Source of the DNA: Callorhinchus milii
Lineage: Eukaryota
Reading direction: 5' to 3'
Length of the DNA: 64,000 bases
NCBI RefSeq assembly: GCF_018977255.1
Contig: NW_024704742.1
Span: 69,504,001-69,568,000, forward strand
This document shows, piece after piece, positions 25,380 through 36,845 of this stretch (position 1 is the stretch's first letter; each line of letters opens with the position of its first letter). The position numbers and the translations under genes were made by a program. A model generated the notes under the pieces. It saw nothing but the letters and a program-made list of their open reading frames with translations, made no database searches and was not told the DNA's origin.

Positions 25380-25682
25380 AGGCACACGGACACGCATAGA
25401 CACACACACGTGCACATTCGCACACACAAACAAAGGCATGTGCACATGTACACCAACACATACATATGCACACTTACATATACACTCACAAAAACACGCA
25501 TGTGTGCATACATGCATAAACATACATTCAACAACTATGCAACAACAACTACTTGCATTTATATTGCATACATAATAATAAATTATATTGCATTATATAT
25601 ACATATATATGACATGCACATGCACTCTCACATACAAACATACACACGCACAAATTTGCATGTACACATGTGCGCGCACACC
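25380..25682. repeat. Degenerate (CA/TA)n microsatellite
   Basis: CA-rich alternating purine-pyrimidine tract. Confidence 0.85.
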
Positions 25683-26035
25683 GTGATCAGGGAGATAGAT
25701 AATCATTTGCAGCTGAAAATGGCAAGTCAAGTGCTTATGAATCGTTTCTTTTAGAGCGTGATTATAAAAATCACTTCTACTTCTCCAATGTGGTATCTCT
25801 GTAATTAGTGACTGATAAAAGCGTCTGTCACTGTGAAAAGATTTCACGTGACTGAACACGTGAGTGTGTAGTGGAGGTCAGCTACCTCTGGTCAATGGGA
25901 TGAAACTGTGATCTTTATTCTCAGCCTCCATTATTATCCCACAACGAACAAATTTAAATAAATCACATAAAAAGGTGGAATTGGCAAATTAGCAATTGGT
26001 TTCAGATGATTGTTGAACACGCTATCATATTGAAC

Positions 26036-26430
26036 ATGTATGTGTGTGTGTGTGTATGTATGTATGGGTATACGTACGTGTATTAGGGCTCCGGGAAACT
26101 ACCCCACGTGAAGGGCGCTATATAAATACAAGTTATTGTTTTTGTTGTTATCTGTGTGTGTGGGTACACACAAACATGAACACAAACACACATATGTAAA
26201 CACATGCGTGCATACACACCTATACACCGATACACACATACACATAAATATACATAAACACACATACATACACAACTACACACAGACAAACACATACATA
26301 CAAATACACACACATATGCATATATATACAAATATACATACACATATACATATACACACACATATACACACAAATACACACATTTGTATGTCTGTGCATG
26401 TAAATGTGCAGCTACACACACACTTGCGCA
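26036..26430. repeat. (TG)n then degenerate (CA/TA)n microsatellite, with a short L2 tail at ~26085-26150
   Basis: Direct inspection. Confidence 0.85.
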
Positions 26431-27755
26431 CTCTGCATAGTTTGATTACCGTGCTATAGTGAGGTATACAAAGCACACAGTCACTACACTTCACAGTATA
26501 TCCTGTGAAGAAACAGCTTGAGACATCACCCCTATGTGAAAGGCACTAAACCAAATATATTATTATTTACACCTCCACGTATACGCACACACATACAGGC
26601 AGATACACATTTGTGTTTTGTGTTAAAGTGAGGTATCGAGCTCCATTAGGTTCCAGGGAAGAGAAAGATTGTCTGATGTCTGACCCTGACTTATGCTAAG
26701 TGACGAATGGTATCAATCGCAGTCGGCCACTCTAACTTGGTGTGTCAGACACAGAGTGTTTAATTATATGCATTGTCACATAGTTTTCTGTGTTGGTTCT
26801 GTTATTAACCAAAAAGACAGCGAAACAAAAAGGTTCAGAGACAGACAAAGAGAGCCAGAGAGACGTATTTTGTGTGCGTTCATATTGAAATCATTTGTGA
26901 AGGAGAGAGAAGGATGAGGTTCTTTTTATTTATTACCCTCGCCTCCTGCACTCTCATCTGATAAGATTCATCAGGGAAGATGATATATTTGTCACAGAGG
27001 CGGGCAGGGGAGGGCAGTGGAGGGATTTGCTGACTGTCTGATAGAAAGCGATAAGTAATATCTTAAATCATCATTGCAGCAGGTATCAGCCTAGCTCAGT
27101 GAATAGTGCTCTCGCTTCAGAGTCAGAAGGTTGTGGGTTGAAGACCCCATGTCGGGACTTGGAACCCACAGTCTCAGGCGAAACTCTAATAATCCCCCAG
27201 ATAATAATCCAGCGACTTGGGATGTCCTCCCGACATGAAAGGCGCTATACAAATGTAGTACTGTATTGTAATTCAGCCCTACAGGTGCTGACTTTGGATG
27301 AAACGTTAAACTCGGGTTCTGTTAAAGAACTTGCGGAAAGAGAAGGGAACTCCCGGTGTCCTGGGCAACAATCCTCCAGATAATAATCCTTGCATTTGAT
27401 ATAGCACCATATCACATTTCTAAGACATCTCCAAGAACTTCACAGGATATACTGTGAAGTGGATTGACTGTGCATTTTGTGGGTGAAACACAGCAGTTCA
27501 CAGCAATAACCCACAAATAGCCATGAACTGAGGGACCAATTTTATTTGGGGGATTGTGGCCAAGACACTGCGAGAGAGAAACTTCCCTTCTCTTTGTCGA
27601 TTTTTGTCATTGACTTCATGGCTGTTTGTGGGACATTGCCAATTGTGCGCTCATGTGTTCGAACAGTCACGCCACTTGGCAGTAAATCTTGTGAAGCGCT
27701 CCACGACGCCTGAAGAACGCGTTGCATTTCAAATTGAAACCGCAGCACGCTTTAC

Positions 27756-27985
27756 TGATGTCACTTCCTGTGTGCTGCGCGCGCACCGGAAGCACGTCTG
27801 GTGTCACTTCCTGCGCCCTGGGCATTTGAGCTTTGTGCAGGAAGTGACCTCATCATTCAAGCCCTGCGCAGGAAGTGGCTGTGATGTCACTTTGCGTTAT
27901 AATGAGGTATCGAGTACCAGTTCAGTACCAGAAAATAGATTATCTGACGGAAAGGGAGAGAGGTGGAGCGGTGAACAAGGTGAGT
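27756..27985 (+). promoter_or_regulatory. Putative promoter/enhancer: ETS motif cluster followed by a consensus splice donor
   Basis: GTCACTTCCTG at 27760 and 27803, CCGGAAGC at 27786, CAGGAAGTGAC at 27838, CAGGAAGTGG at 27869, TGCGCGCGCA at 27776. Donor AAG|GTGAGT with GT at 27980-27981. Confidence 0.5.
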
Positions 27986-29769
27986 GTGGGTAAGGCCTTT
28001 ACATTGTTTTATATGTACATAAACTTGTAGTATTTTGCAATGATGTCAGTGGTTTAGGATCAGTATTGGAGCACTAAAGCTGCTGAGGGCAAGGAATACC
28101 CTTATCACTGTGATATTATGATTGCAAGTGTGTGAGCTGAAACTGTACAGAAGCAGCCAGCCCACAGAGACAGGAGTCTCCACAGACCTTGCCCCATGCT
28201 CCGAGGGTTAAAAGACATCAACATTTCTGAAGGACATAAATAATAGAGCATTGCACAATCTGGCGATGTTTAACCTCGCACTCGATCAGTCACTTTAATG
28301 GCAAGAAGCAGATACCTCAGGGACGCAGGGCTGAGCTTGCTTTAGCTTGGTTGGGTCAATAGCACACACGGTTCAGGGTCAGGAGGTTGTGAGTTCAAGT
28401 CCCCATGGGGTGGGGAGTGGGGGGGGGGGTGGCGAAGACATTGAGCTGACAGTGCAGTGCAGTTCTGTTGGGGGTTGAGGGCAAAGCATTACATTAATAA
28501 TAATGATAATAACAATAATTCTTGCATTTGATACAGCGCCTTATCTCCGTCATTAAGACGTCTCAAAGCGCTTCACATAATATACTGTAAAGTCAATTGA
28601 CTGTATGTTTTGTGGGCGAAATTGTTGGTGTTGCCACCTTTTGGATGAGATATTAAATTGGTCAGGTGCTCATTTAAACATCCTGCGATGCTATTTGAAC
28701 AGCAGAAGGGAAAATGGCCGATAATTCCCCCAGAATAAAATTTATATAAAATAGGTTAATATTATCATTAACCTCATGACTTTGTGGGACTTTGCCAAGT
28801 TCAAAATGGCAGCCTTATTTGCCTACAAAAAAACATGGATGCTATTAATTACTGTGACGTACATCAGGACCCCTTAAGAATTTTGGAATGGTGTCCCAGA
28901 GGGTGGAGGAGAAAGACTGAAGGCTTAACCAGCAATGTGTGGGGTGGGCAGGGCAGGGGACGTGGAGCAGGCCAGCACCTGCCAAGCAAAGAGAGCTGAC
29001 AGGTTGGTAAGGTGTTAATAGGTTGTAGAGGTAGGAAGGAGCAAAGCCATGGAGAGCTTTAAGAGTGAGGATGAGGATTTTAAACTCGATGGGTGATGGG
29101 TTCACGGATCTTAGTGCGGGAGAAGATTAATGAAGGGGCATGACCAATCCAGCGCCCTCATCTCCCAATAATATTGGCTTGTCAGTCAAACTCTGATCAC
29201 GTGTGAAAAGACACTGCATTAATTAGATACATCTCAGCACCTATCTCATCATTCAGCTCTCACTCTTTAAACTGTTTCTCTTCCTTAATTGGAATTTGAA
29301 TTTTCAATATTAGCAGATTCACAATCATTCCTCCTGCCTGCGGCTGACAGGTCCGCTCGCTTTTGGCCGTGACTCTGAGATAGCAACGACATGTTGGTTG
29401 GTGGCTACGGCTAGACTTTAATTCTCACTGCAGAGGCGGAAGGTCGTGGGTTCACCCCCAACGTCGTGACAAGGTCCAGGCTGACGCTCCATTGTAGTAG
29501 TGCTACATTGTCAGAGGCGATGTCCAATGCCTTTCTCCCTCTCCCCTCTTTCTCTCCCTTCTCCCCTTCTCCCTTCCCTCTACTTTCTCCCCTCTCCTCC
29601 CCTCCCTTCCCCTCTCCCTCCTCCTATCCCCCTCTCCACTCTCTCCTTAGCGCACAATCGAACCCCATTCTAGTGATTCACTAAGTCATTCCTCTACGTG
29701 AAAGATACTTCTGTATAAATGTAAGTCATTGTTTTGCCTCCCATTCCTCTCTCCTATTCATCTTTCCTA

Positions 29770-30250
29770 GCAGAGCACCAGGCTCCGTAACCCCATCACT
29801 CCCACCCTCGTCCGCCTCCACTGGCTCCCCATCCCCCAGAGGATCGTGTTTAAGATTCTCGTCCTCACCTTCAAGGCCATCCATGGCCTTGACCCCTCCT
29901 ACCTCTCTGACCTGCTGACTCCCTAACAACGAGGAGCTCCGATCTGCTCCATGTCTCCCGTCGACCCACCCTACCATCGGCAGCCGGGCTTTCAGCCTCT
30001 CTGTCCCCACACTCTGGAACTCCATTCCACGGTCCCTTCGCCTCGCTTCTTCCCTTGCCTCCTTCAAGACCGGTCTCAAACCCATCTTTTTGATCGTGCC
30101 TTTGGTCACCCTCCCACTTCTCTGCCTTCCCTACCCCTACACCACCCTCCCCCATGCTCGGGCCCCGACACCTGACTGTTCAGCGCTTTTGGACGTCCTG
30201 TTGACATGAAAGGTGCTCTATAAATGTAATTTTCTTGTTGTTGTTGTTCC
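29770..30250 (+). mobile_element. L2 3' fragment
   Basis: CGCCTCCACTGGCTCCCCATCCCCCAGAGGATC (RLHWLPIPQRI) through to a tail with (GTT)n. Confidence 0.85.
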
Positions 30251-30254
30251 TATT

Positions 30255-30462
30255 ACCCCTCTCACATTCTCCTCTCCCATTCCCTCATTCCTATTCCCCT
30301 CTCCTATTCCCTTCTCCTATTTCCCCTCTCCCATTCTCCTCTCACAATCTCCTCTCCAATTCCCCTCTACCAATCCCCCTTTCCAATCCCCCTCACCTAT
30401 TCCCCTCTTACATTGCCCCTCTCCTATTCCCCCTCTCCTCTTCCCCGTCTCCTATTCTCCTC
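30255..30462. repeat. CT-rich degenerate tandem repeat (CTCTCCTATTCCC-like unit)
   Basis: Repeated CCTATTCCC/CCCATTCCC motifs. Confidence 0.75.
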
Positions 30463-31817
30463 CAAATTATAGCCAATTTAATGAAAGTTTAAAAGAAACT
30501 TGCTTCCAAATTTCTGTGCTACGATTTTAAGACTTGCCTCTGAGTCAGAAGGTTATGGGATCAAACCCCTCAGCAGGATTCTCACAAGGTCGGTTTGAAT
30601 GAAGAATGTTCTTCGGGCCATCCGATCTCAGCCTCCAGAACACCCGCCCAACTGTACCCCCAGCACTGCATCAAGCTGCTTTATAAATCAACCCAGTGCT
30701 CTAGCCTCAACCACCCTTCACGGCAACCCTGTTCCCGACTGTTCAGGAGAGAGACATTTTAGGAGGGGGGTGGGGGGATTATTGGTCAGGACAGCAGGAG
30801 AAGCTCCCTTGTCTTTTTTGAATATTGTCATTGGAACTTTAATGATCGCCTGAACAGGCACAGAGTGTTCCACGACCTCGGTCTAACGTCTTGTACCTCT
30901 GAAAATGTGTGGAACGCCCCCATTCCCCCAGCACTGCACTGGAGTGTCAGCCTGATACTCTGAATCCCGAGGTAGGGGCTCGAACCATGAACCTTCTGAC
31001 TCAGAAGCAAGACTGCTATTGAATGAGCCAGACTGACACCTATTAAATCTAGACCCAGGAGGGAATTTCTTCCCCATTATTTGCTTTCCTAACCACTACC
31101 GCCAAACTTATGGAACCTTGATATGATGATGAACATGATGGATGAAGTCTTGGTGGGATATTTCTGTGGCAATGAACAACATGCTTTTTACACAGTGCCC
31201 CCACGTAGCCGGGAAAAAGAGAGGGGAGGTGATGATAGGCACGGTTGAAGAGGAAAGTCTTCAAGTGCAATCTGAACAGAGGGCACAGCAAACGAAAGCA
31301 AAGCAGACATAGTGCGATGGAGGTAGGCTATTCTGGGATTCCTTGTGAGATCTGGATTGAAACCCAGAGGGTCTTGTGTCATTTTCTTTTCTTTAACCTT
31401 ACTACCACTGACAATCCTCCACTGGCCCCTTCCCCTCAGCTATTTTTTTGTCCCTGTGTTTGTTACGTTTTTCTCTCTCATTCGCTCTCTCTCTTTCTCT
31501 CTTTGGAGAGAGAACAAGGTGACAAAAAAAAACACACCATCTCCTTGGAACTTGTATTGGTTCTGACAGCTGCTCTGTGTATTGTGTGGAATGTAATTCC
31601 TTTGCACTTTGCTGTGGAGATGGCTGGTAATGAACTAGTGTTTGACTGTCGAGTCCCTTCAGAGCTTCCTGCATGGGATCCTTTTGGATGCCATTGTCGT
31701 CAATTGTAGCCAGCCGTGCGCAAAGTTCGCGACGGCGATAGGGGCCTTTTGTGGGGGAGGATTTGACAGTGAGATTATACCAGTGAAATTCACATGCTAG
31801 CCTGGCGTCTCATTGAG

Positions 31818-32235
31818 TGTCAGCCTGCCTCAGTCAGTCTGAGTCAGAAGGTTGCGGGTTCAAGTTCTACGTCGGGACTTGGGATCCCATAGTCTAAGCT
31901 GACTCTCCAGTGTAGTGCTGGGATTGTTGCATGGTCGTTCGGATGAGACATTAAACCAAGGCTCCGTCTGCCTGTTCAGGTGGATGCTGAAGATCCCATG
32001 GCATTATTTGAAAAGAGAAGGGATTTTTTCCCTGTGTCATGGCCAACAATCCCCCAAATAAACTTGCCACTTGCTCAATGGCTGTTTGTGGGACATTGCG
32101 TAGATGATACACTGGTTGCCATGATTCACCTTCAAAATGCAGTCCATTCACTTTACAATATATTCTGTGAAGCGCTTTACGACATCTTAATGATGTGATA
32201 AGGCCCTATATCAAATGCACGGATTATTGTTATTA
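31818..32235 (+). mobile_element. Deu-domain SINE
   Basis: GTCAGCCTGCCTCAG head, CGGATGAGACATTAAACCAAGG..AAGATCCCATGGCA core and tail. Confidence 0.8.
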
Positions 32236-32353
32236 AATCCTGTTACAGGATGGGGTGGGCGGTGAGGAGGGCAGCCACAACGTAGCCTCCAATAGACCAG
32301 AGGCCTCTGCGATGCATCTGAGCATGCATGTCCAACCTCTGGCAAACTAATGA

Positions 32354-32371
32354 CAGCGCCTCCTCGTGGCC
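32354..32371 (-). promoter_or_regulatory. CTCF-like motif
   Basis: Minus strand GGCCACGAGGAGGCGCTG compared with the core consensus GGCCACCAGGGGGCGCT. Confidence 0.45.
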
Positions 32372-32561
32372 CAGGAGGACCAATGGCTAACTCATCACTT
32401 CCGATAACTCATCACTGAGCCCTTATTCCTCAGTGCAACAAGTTATCAGGAGTTTCCTATGTAATTAATTACCATTATTAGTTGGCTCATGAAGACAGAT
32501 GTACAAAGGGCTCGATTTGAACTTGCAAATTTATTTGATTAACATTGTAATTGAAATATAT

Positions 32562-32725
32562 ACATATATTTATTCATTTAAACCGCTGCTTGCTTGGAAT
32601 AAATAATTCTATCTCCTGAAATAATTTTTGGATTCACCTTGCCCACATATATTTATTCATTTAAACTGCTGCTTTCTTGGAAAAATAATTCCATCTCCTG
32701 AAATTATTTTTTGATTTACCTTGCC
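32562..32725. repeat. ~83-bp tandem duplication, two copies
   Basis: ACATATATTTATTCATTTAAAC..CCTTGCC begins at 32562 and again at 32645. Confidence 0.9.
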
Positions 32726-32869
32726 GGAAGGCAGCATTCTTTTGACTCTTGTCAGTCTTTTAGTGTGTGACCTGCACCCTGTACTGCAGTACTCTGTAAG
32801 TCTCCCTCATGTAGACCTTTGGGCCAAGTTAATAATGATAATTCTTGCATTTGATATAGCGTCTTATCA

Positions 32870-33288
32870 ACAGCAACAACTTGCATTTATATAGCACCCT
32901 ACACGCATGGTAGCGTTCGGGAGCGCTTCACAGTGGCGGAGTCTGACACCGAGCCAGGGGAAGAGGGAGGGGGGAGGTGACCATAAGTACAATCAAAAAG
33001 GTAGGTGTTTAGGTGGGATTTGAAGGTGGGGAGTGAGGGAGTAAGGCAGAGAGAATGATGGAGAGAGTTCCAGAGTTTGGGGGCGTAGTGGCTGAAGGCA
33101 CAGCTACTGATGGTGGAACGAAATTTTGTGCAGGTGAGTATCCGGGCGACAGAGTTTTGAATTAATTGGATTTTGTGTATGGTGGAGCTGGAGCGACCTG
33201 CGAGGAAAGCATTGGAATAGTCCAGCTGGGAAGTGACGAAGGTGTAGACGAGGGTTTCAGCTGCGTCGGTTGTGAGTCTTCTCTTCAA
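32870..33288 (-). mobile_element. L2 3' fragment
   Basis: ORF 32899..33288: AAETLVYTFVTSQLDYSNAFLAG..LIQNSVARIL..APKLWNSL. Confidence 0.85.
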
Positions 33289-34061
33289 CCGTGACTTTAG
33301 CTCCCCTCCTCACTCCCTCCCTTTCCTCACCCTGACCATTTCCCCCCTGCTCGGGTCCCGACCCAACTGTCCAGCGCCTTGGGACGTCCTCCCGACGTGA
33401 AAGGCGCTCTATAAATTAAATCCTGTTGTTGTTGTGAGGTAGGGATGGAGGTAGGCAATGTGGCGGAGGTGGAAAAAAATAGTCCTGGTCAGGGAACGGA
33501 TGGGGGAGAAAAGAAAGCTGGGGTTTGAATCTGACATTTAAGCTGCGCACAGATTCAGAGAGTATGAGAGAGAGCCTGGGAAGGTTGAGGAGTTCAGACC
33601 CGCAGGAAAGAAGATGTTTACAGAAGCCAAAGAGTATGACTTCCATCTTGCTGACATTCAGCTGCAGGAAATTTGCACTCATCCAGGCCTTGATGTCCGT
33701 CAAACAAGCTGACAGGAGTAGATGACAGCTGACAGTGCCACCTGTCATTGAGACAGATCATCTGTCATTATCACATCATTGAGATATCTCAAAGTGCTTC
33801 ACAGGATATCCTGTAAAGTGAATTGATTGTATATTTGTGGGTGACACGCAACAGCCAATTGCACACCGCAGTGTCCCACAAATGACTGTGAATTGAGTGA
33901 TCTAATTATTTATTTATTTTTTAAACGGATTATTACCCCCGGAAAGCAATTCGTCAATTGACTAACAACTGGTTTCCTACATACTGCTAGGTAAACAGAG
34001 GTGTGTGTGGGGTGGGGGGGGATTATCGTTCAAGACACCGAGAGAAAGAATTTTTTTNCAT

Positions 34062-34380
34062 GGAGTCCTGTAGCTCAGTGGTTAGAGCACTCGCTTTGCA
34101 AGTGAGAGACCTGAGTTCAATTCCAGGCAGAGGGCGAAACCTTGGGCAAGTTTCCTTACTCCACACAGAGCCTAATAATAATCCCTCCAAAACCAAAAAA
34201 CAATAATAAATTGGTCATTTTCAATCTACGACTGTTTGTGGGACATTGCTGTGCGCAATTGGCTGCCGCATTCGCCCACAAATATACAGTCAATTCACTT
34301 TACAGTATCTTCTGTGAAGCGCTTTGGGACGTCTAGAAGACGTGAAAAGCGCTATAACAAATGCAAGGATTATTATTATT
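34062..34380 (+). mobile_element. Young short tRNA-Ala SINE subfamily (A-short), inserted antisense into a Deu-SINE
   Basis: Near-identical to 50403-50724 (reverse complement) and 58707-59014. Lacks the central block of family A. Confidence 0.9.
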
Positions 34381-34719
34381 TCCGTTCCTTTTTGAAAAAT
34401 GCCGCTGGATGTTTAACGCCCACCTAGGCCGACACGAACTAGACTTCGGTTTAACGTCTCATCTGAGGACGGCACCTCTCCCCCAGCACTGCACTGGAGT
34501 GCCAGCCTAGACTGTATGCATTGAACCCACAACCTTGTACCTCACAGGCGAGCGTGTTGCTGAATGAGCCGCTGACTCACAACAGTGGAGGCAGACAATG
34601 TTGACTTTAAATGGCTCATTTACAAAAACAAATTGCTAGAAACAACAGGAGCTGTGAACATCCTTGGAGGAGAAAGCCAATACATCAGGGAAACATCATC
34701 ATTTGGAATAAGGAAAGAG

Positions 34720-35345
34720 AAGGTGGAGGGAATTCTAGCACTGGGGACATTTTACTAGGATGATGCGAGGCATGAAAGGTTATAGCTATCATTATGTGGA
34801 GAGACTTGAAAAGTTGGGCCTGTTTTCACTGGAGCATGGAAGGTTAATTGAGGATCTAATAGAACTTTTCAAAATGATGAATGGTTTTGATGGGGTAAAT
34901 GAGGAGAGCCTCTTTCTGCCGAGATTTAGTCAAGGAGCATTGTGAGTATAAGACAAAGAAGGGTGAGTACTCTTGCAGAAAGAAATCTACAAACACACAA
35001 GTACGCAGACACACAGATACATGTAGACACACACACACAGACACACACAGCTACGCAGACACACTAACACACAAACACAGACTCACATACAAAGACAGAC
35101 ACACACACACACAGGTATATGTATATACACACACACAGACACACACACACAGGTATATATACACGTAGACACACACAGGTATACATACACACACACACAA
35201 ACAAACACACACAGGTATATATACACATACATAGACAAACACACACAGGTGTATACACACACACAGACACATATACACATAGGTATATATATACACACAC
35301 ACAGAAACACACCCACAGAGTTGACAGAATATGGAATTCTTTATT
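34720..35345 (+). mobile_element. CR1 3' fragment containing a ~320-bp (CA)n-derived microsatellite (34995-35315)
   Basis: YVERLEKLGLFSLEHGRLIEDLIELFKMMNGFD. CR1-like sequence resumes after the microsatellite (CACAGAGTTGACAGAATATGGAATTC). Confidence 0.75.
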
Positions 35346-36487
35346 GTTCTTTCATTTTTAAATGAAATATCTCGAAGGACACATTATAATGGAATTGAGA
35401 AAGTAAACCCAGAACAATAATAATAAATGAATTTGATGTAGTACCTTATCACCTCATTGAGACGTCTTAAAGCACTTCACAGGATCTAATATAAAGTGGA
35501 TTGACTGTATATTTTGTAGGCAAACGCTAATTTGAGTGCAGGCAACCATGAAGTGTGTGACTGATTGCATCTGTGGGGGAGAACTGCTAGCCAGAATACT
35601 GGGAGAAATCCTTTCTCTTTTCAATTAGTGCCACAGGATGTTTAACAGGGAGATAAGACTAGCAAAAACTGGGGTGATCGTCGTGCGGCTTGAATGAGAC
35701 CAACAAACCCAGCATGGACTGGGATTCGAACCAGCAGGGCTGCTGCATTATCTCATGTTATTCCATAACCACCAGGGCTGCTGCATTATCTCATGTTATT
35801 TCAGAGCCTTCCATCTCAGTCAGACTTAACTCAGCGAAGGGGAGTTCAGTGTGCATGGTTAGGAATCATAGCATATTGGTTCGAGCACTCACCTCGGAAG
35901 CGAGAGGACCTGGGCTCGATTCCGAGCAAGGTGAAACCTTAGGCAAGTTTCTTTACTCCACACGCCTCTGTTTAACCATCAAGGTTTATTATTACAAATA
36001 AGCAATAAACATTAGAGGAATTATTATTAACCGAACCTGTGCGTTTCAGTATTTCAGTGATAATCTGGATTCAGCCTAAGGGTGCTATGAAAGGAAAGCA
36101 CCAGGATATTACAGAAAATAGACAATATAAACGTGTTGTAATTGATTCATGGCTGTGTAACCTTCATACTGACATATCGTACATAGAGAAATATGGTGTA
36201 AATTCTCTGGGGTGCCACAGATTTTATCTAAAATAATTAATGTAGCCCTTATAGCAACTGTTACTGCGTTGCACGTGCTGATGTTATTGGCTGTCATGGC
36301 CTCTCACAGGTTCTGAATCAGTTATGTGCTTCACTCACGGCTGAAAAACAGAGAAGTCCTTGACATGATGATTCAGGTGGATTAATAACAAAGATAACAA
36401 GGAAATCACACTTGATGAAGAGGGACATCTGTTGACTGCATATTGCTTGGGCAACGTCAAGTTATTATAATAATAATAATTCTCAGT

Positions 36488-36845
36488 GGAGTCCTGTAGG
36501 GTATTGGTTAGAACACTCGCCTCGCAATCGAGAGGACCCTGGTCCAATTCCCAGACAGGGCAAAACCTTAGGCAAGTTTCCTTACTCCACACGGCTCTGT
36601 TTACCTAGCAGTAAGTAGGAACCCAGTTGTTAGTTGATTGACAGATCACTTTCCAGGGGTAATAATACCCCTAAAATAAATAAATTGGTCAATCAATCCA
36701 CGACTGAGCAATTAATTGGCTGCCACATTTCTCCCACAAAATACAGTCAATTCACTTCACAGTATATTCTGTGAAGCGCTTTGAGACGTCTCAACAACAT
36801 GATAAGGCGCTATTTCAAATGCAAGGATGATTATAATTATTATAG
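36488..36845 (+). mobile_element. tRNA-Ala SINE (family A), full length
   Basis: GGAGTCCTGTAG head, standard body and tail. Confidence 0.88.

Noticed and set aside
25313..26494. Cys/Val- or His/Thr-rich ORFs, also at 22082-22419 and 34899-35361
   Set aside because: They are translations of (CA)n/(TG)n microsatellites.
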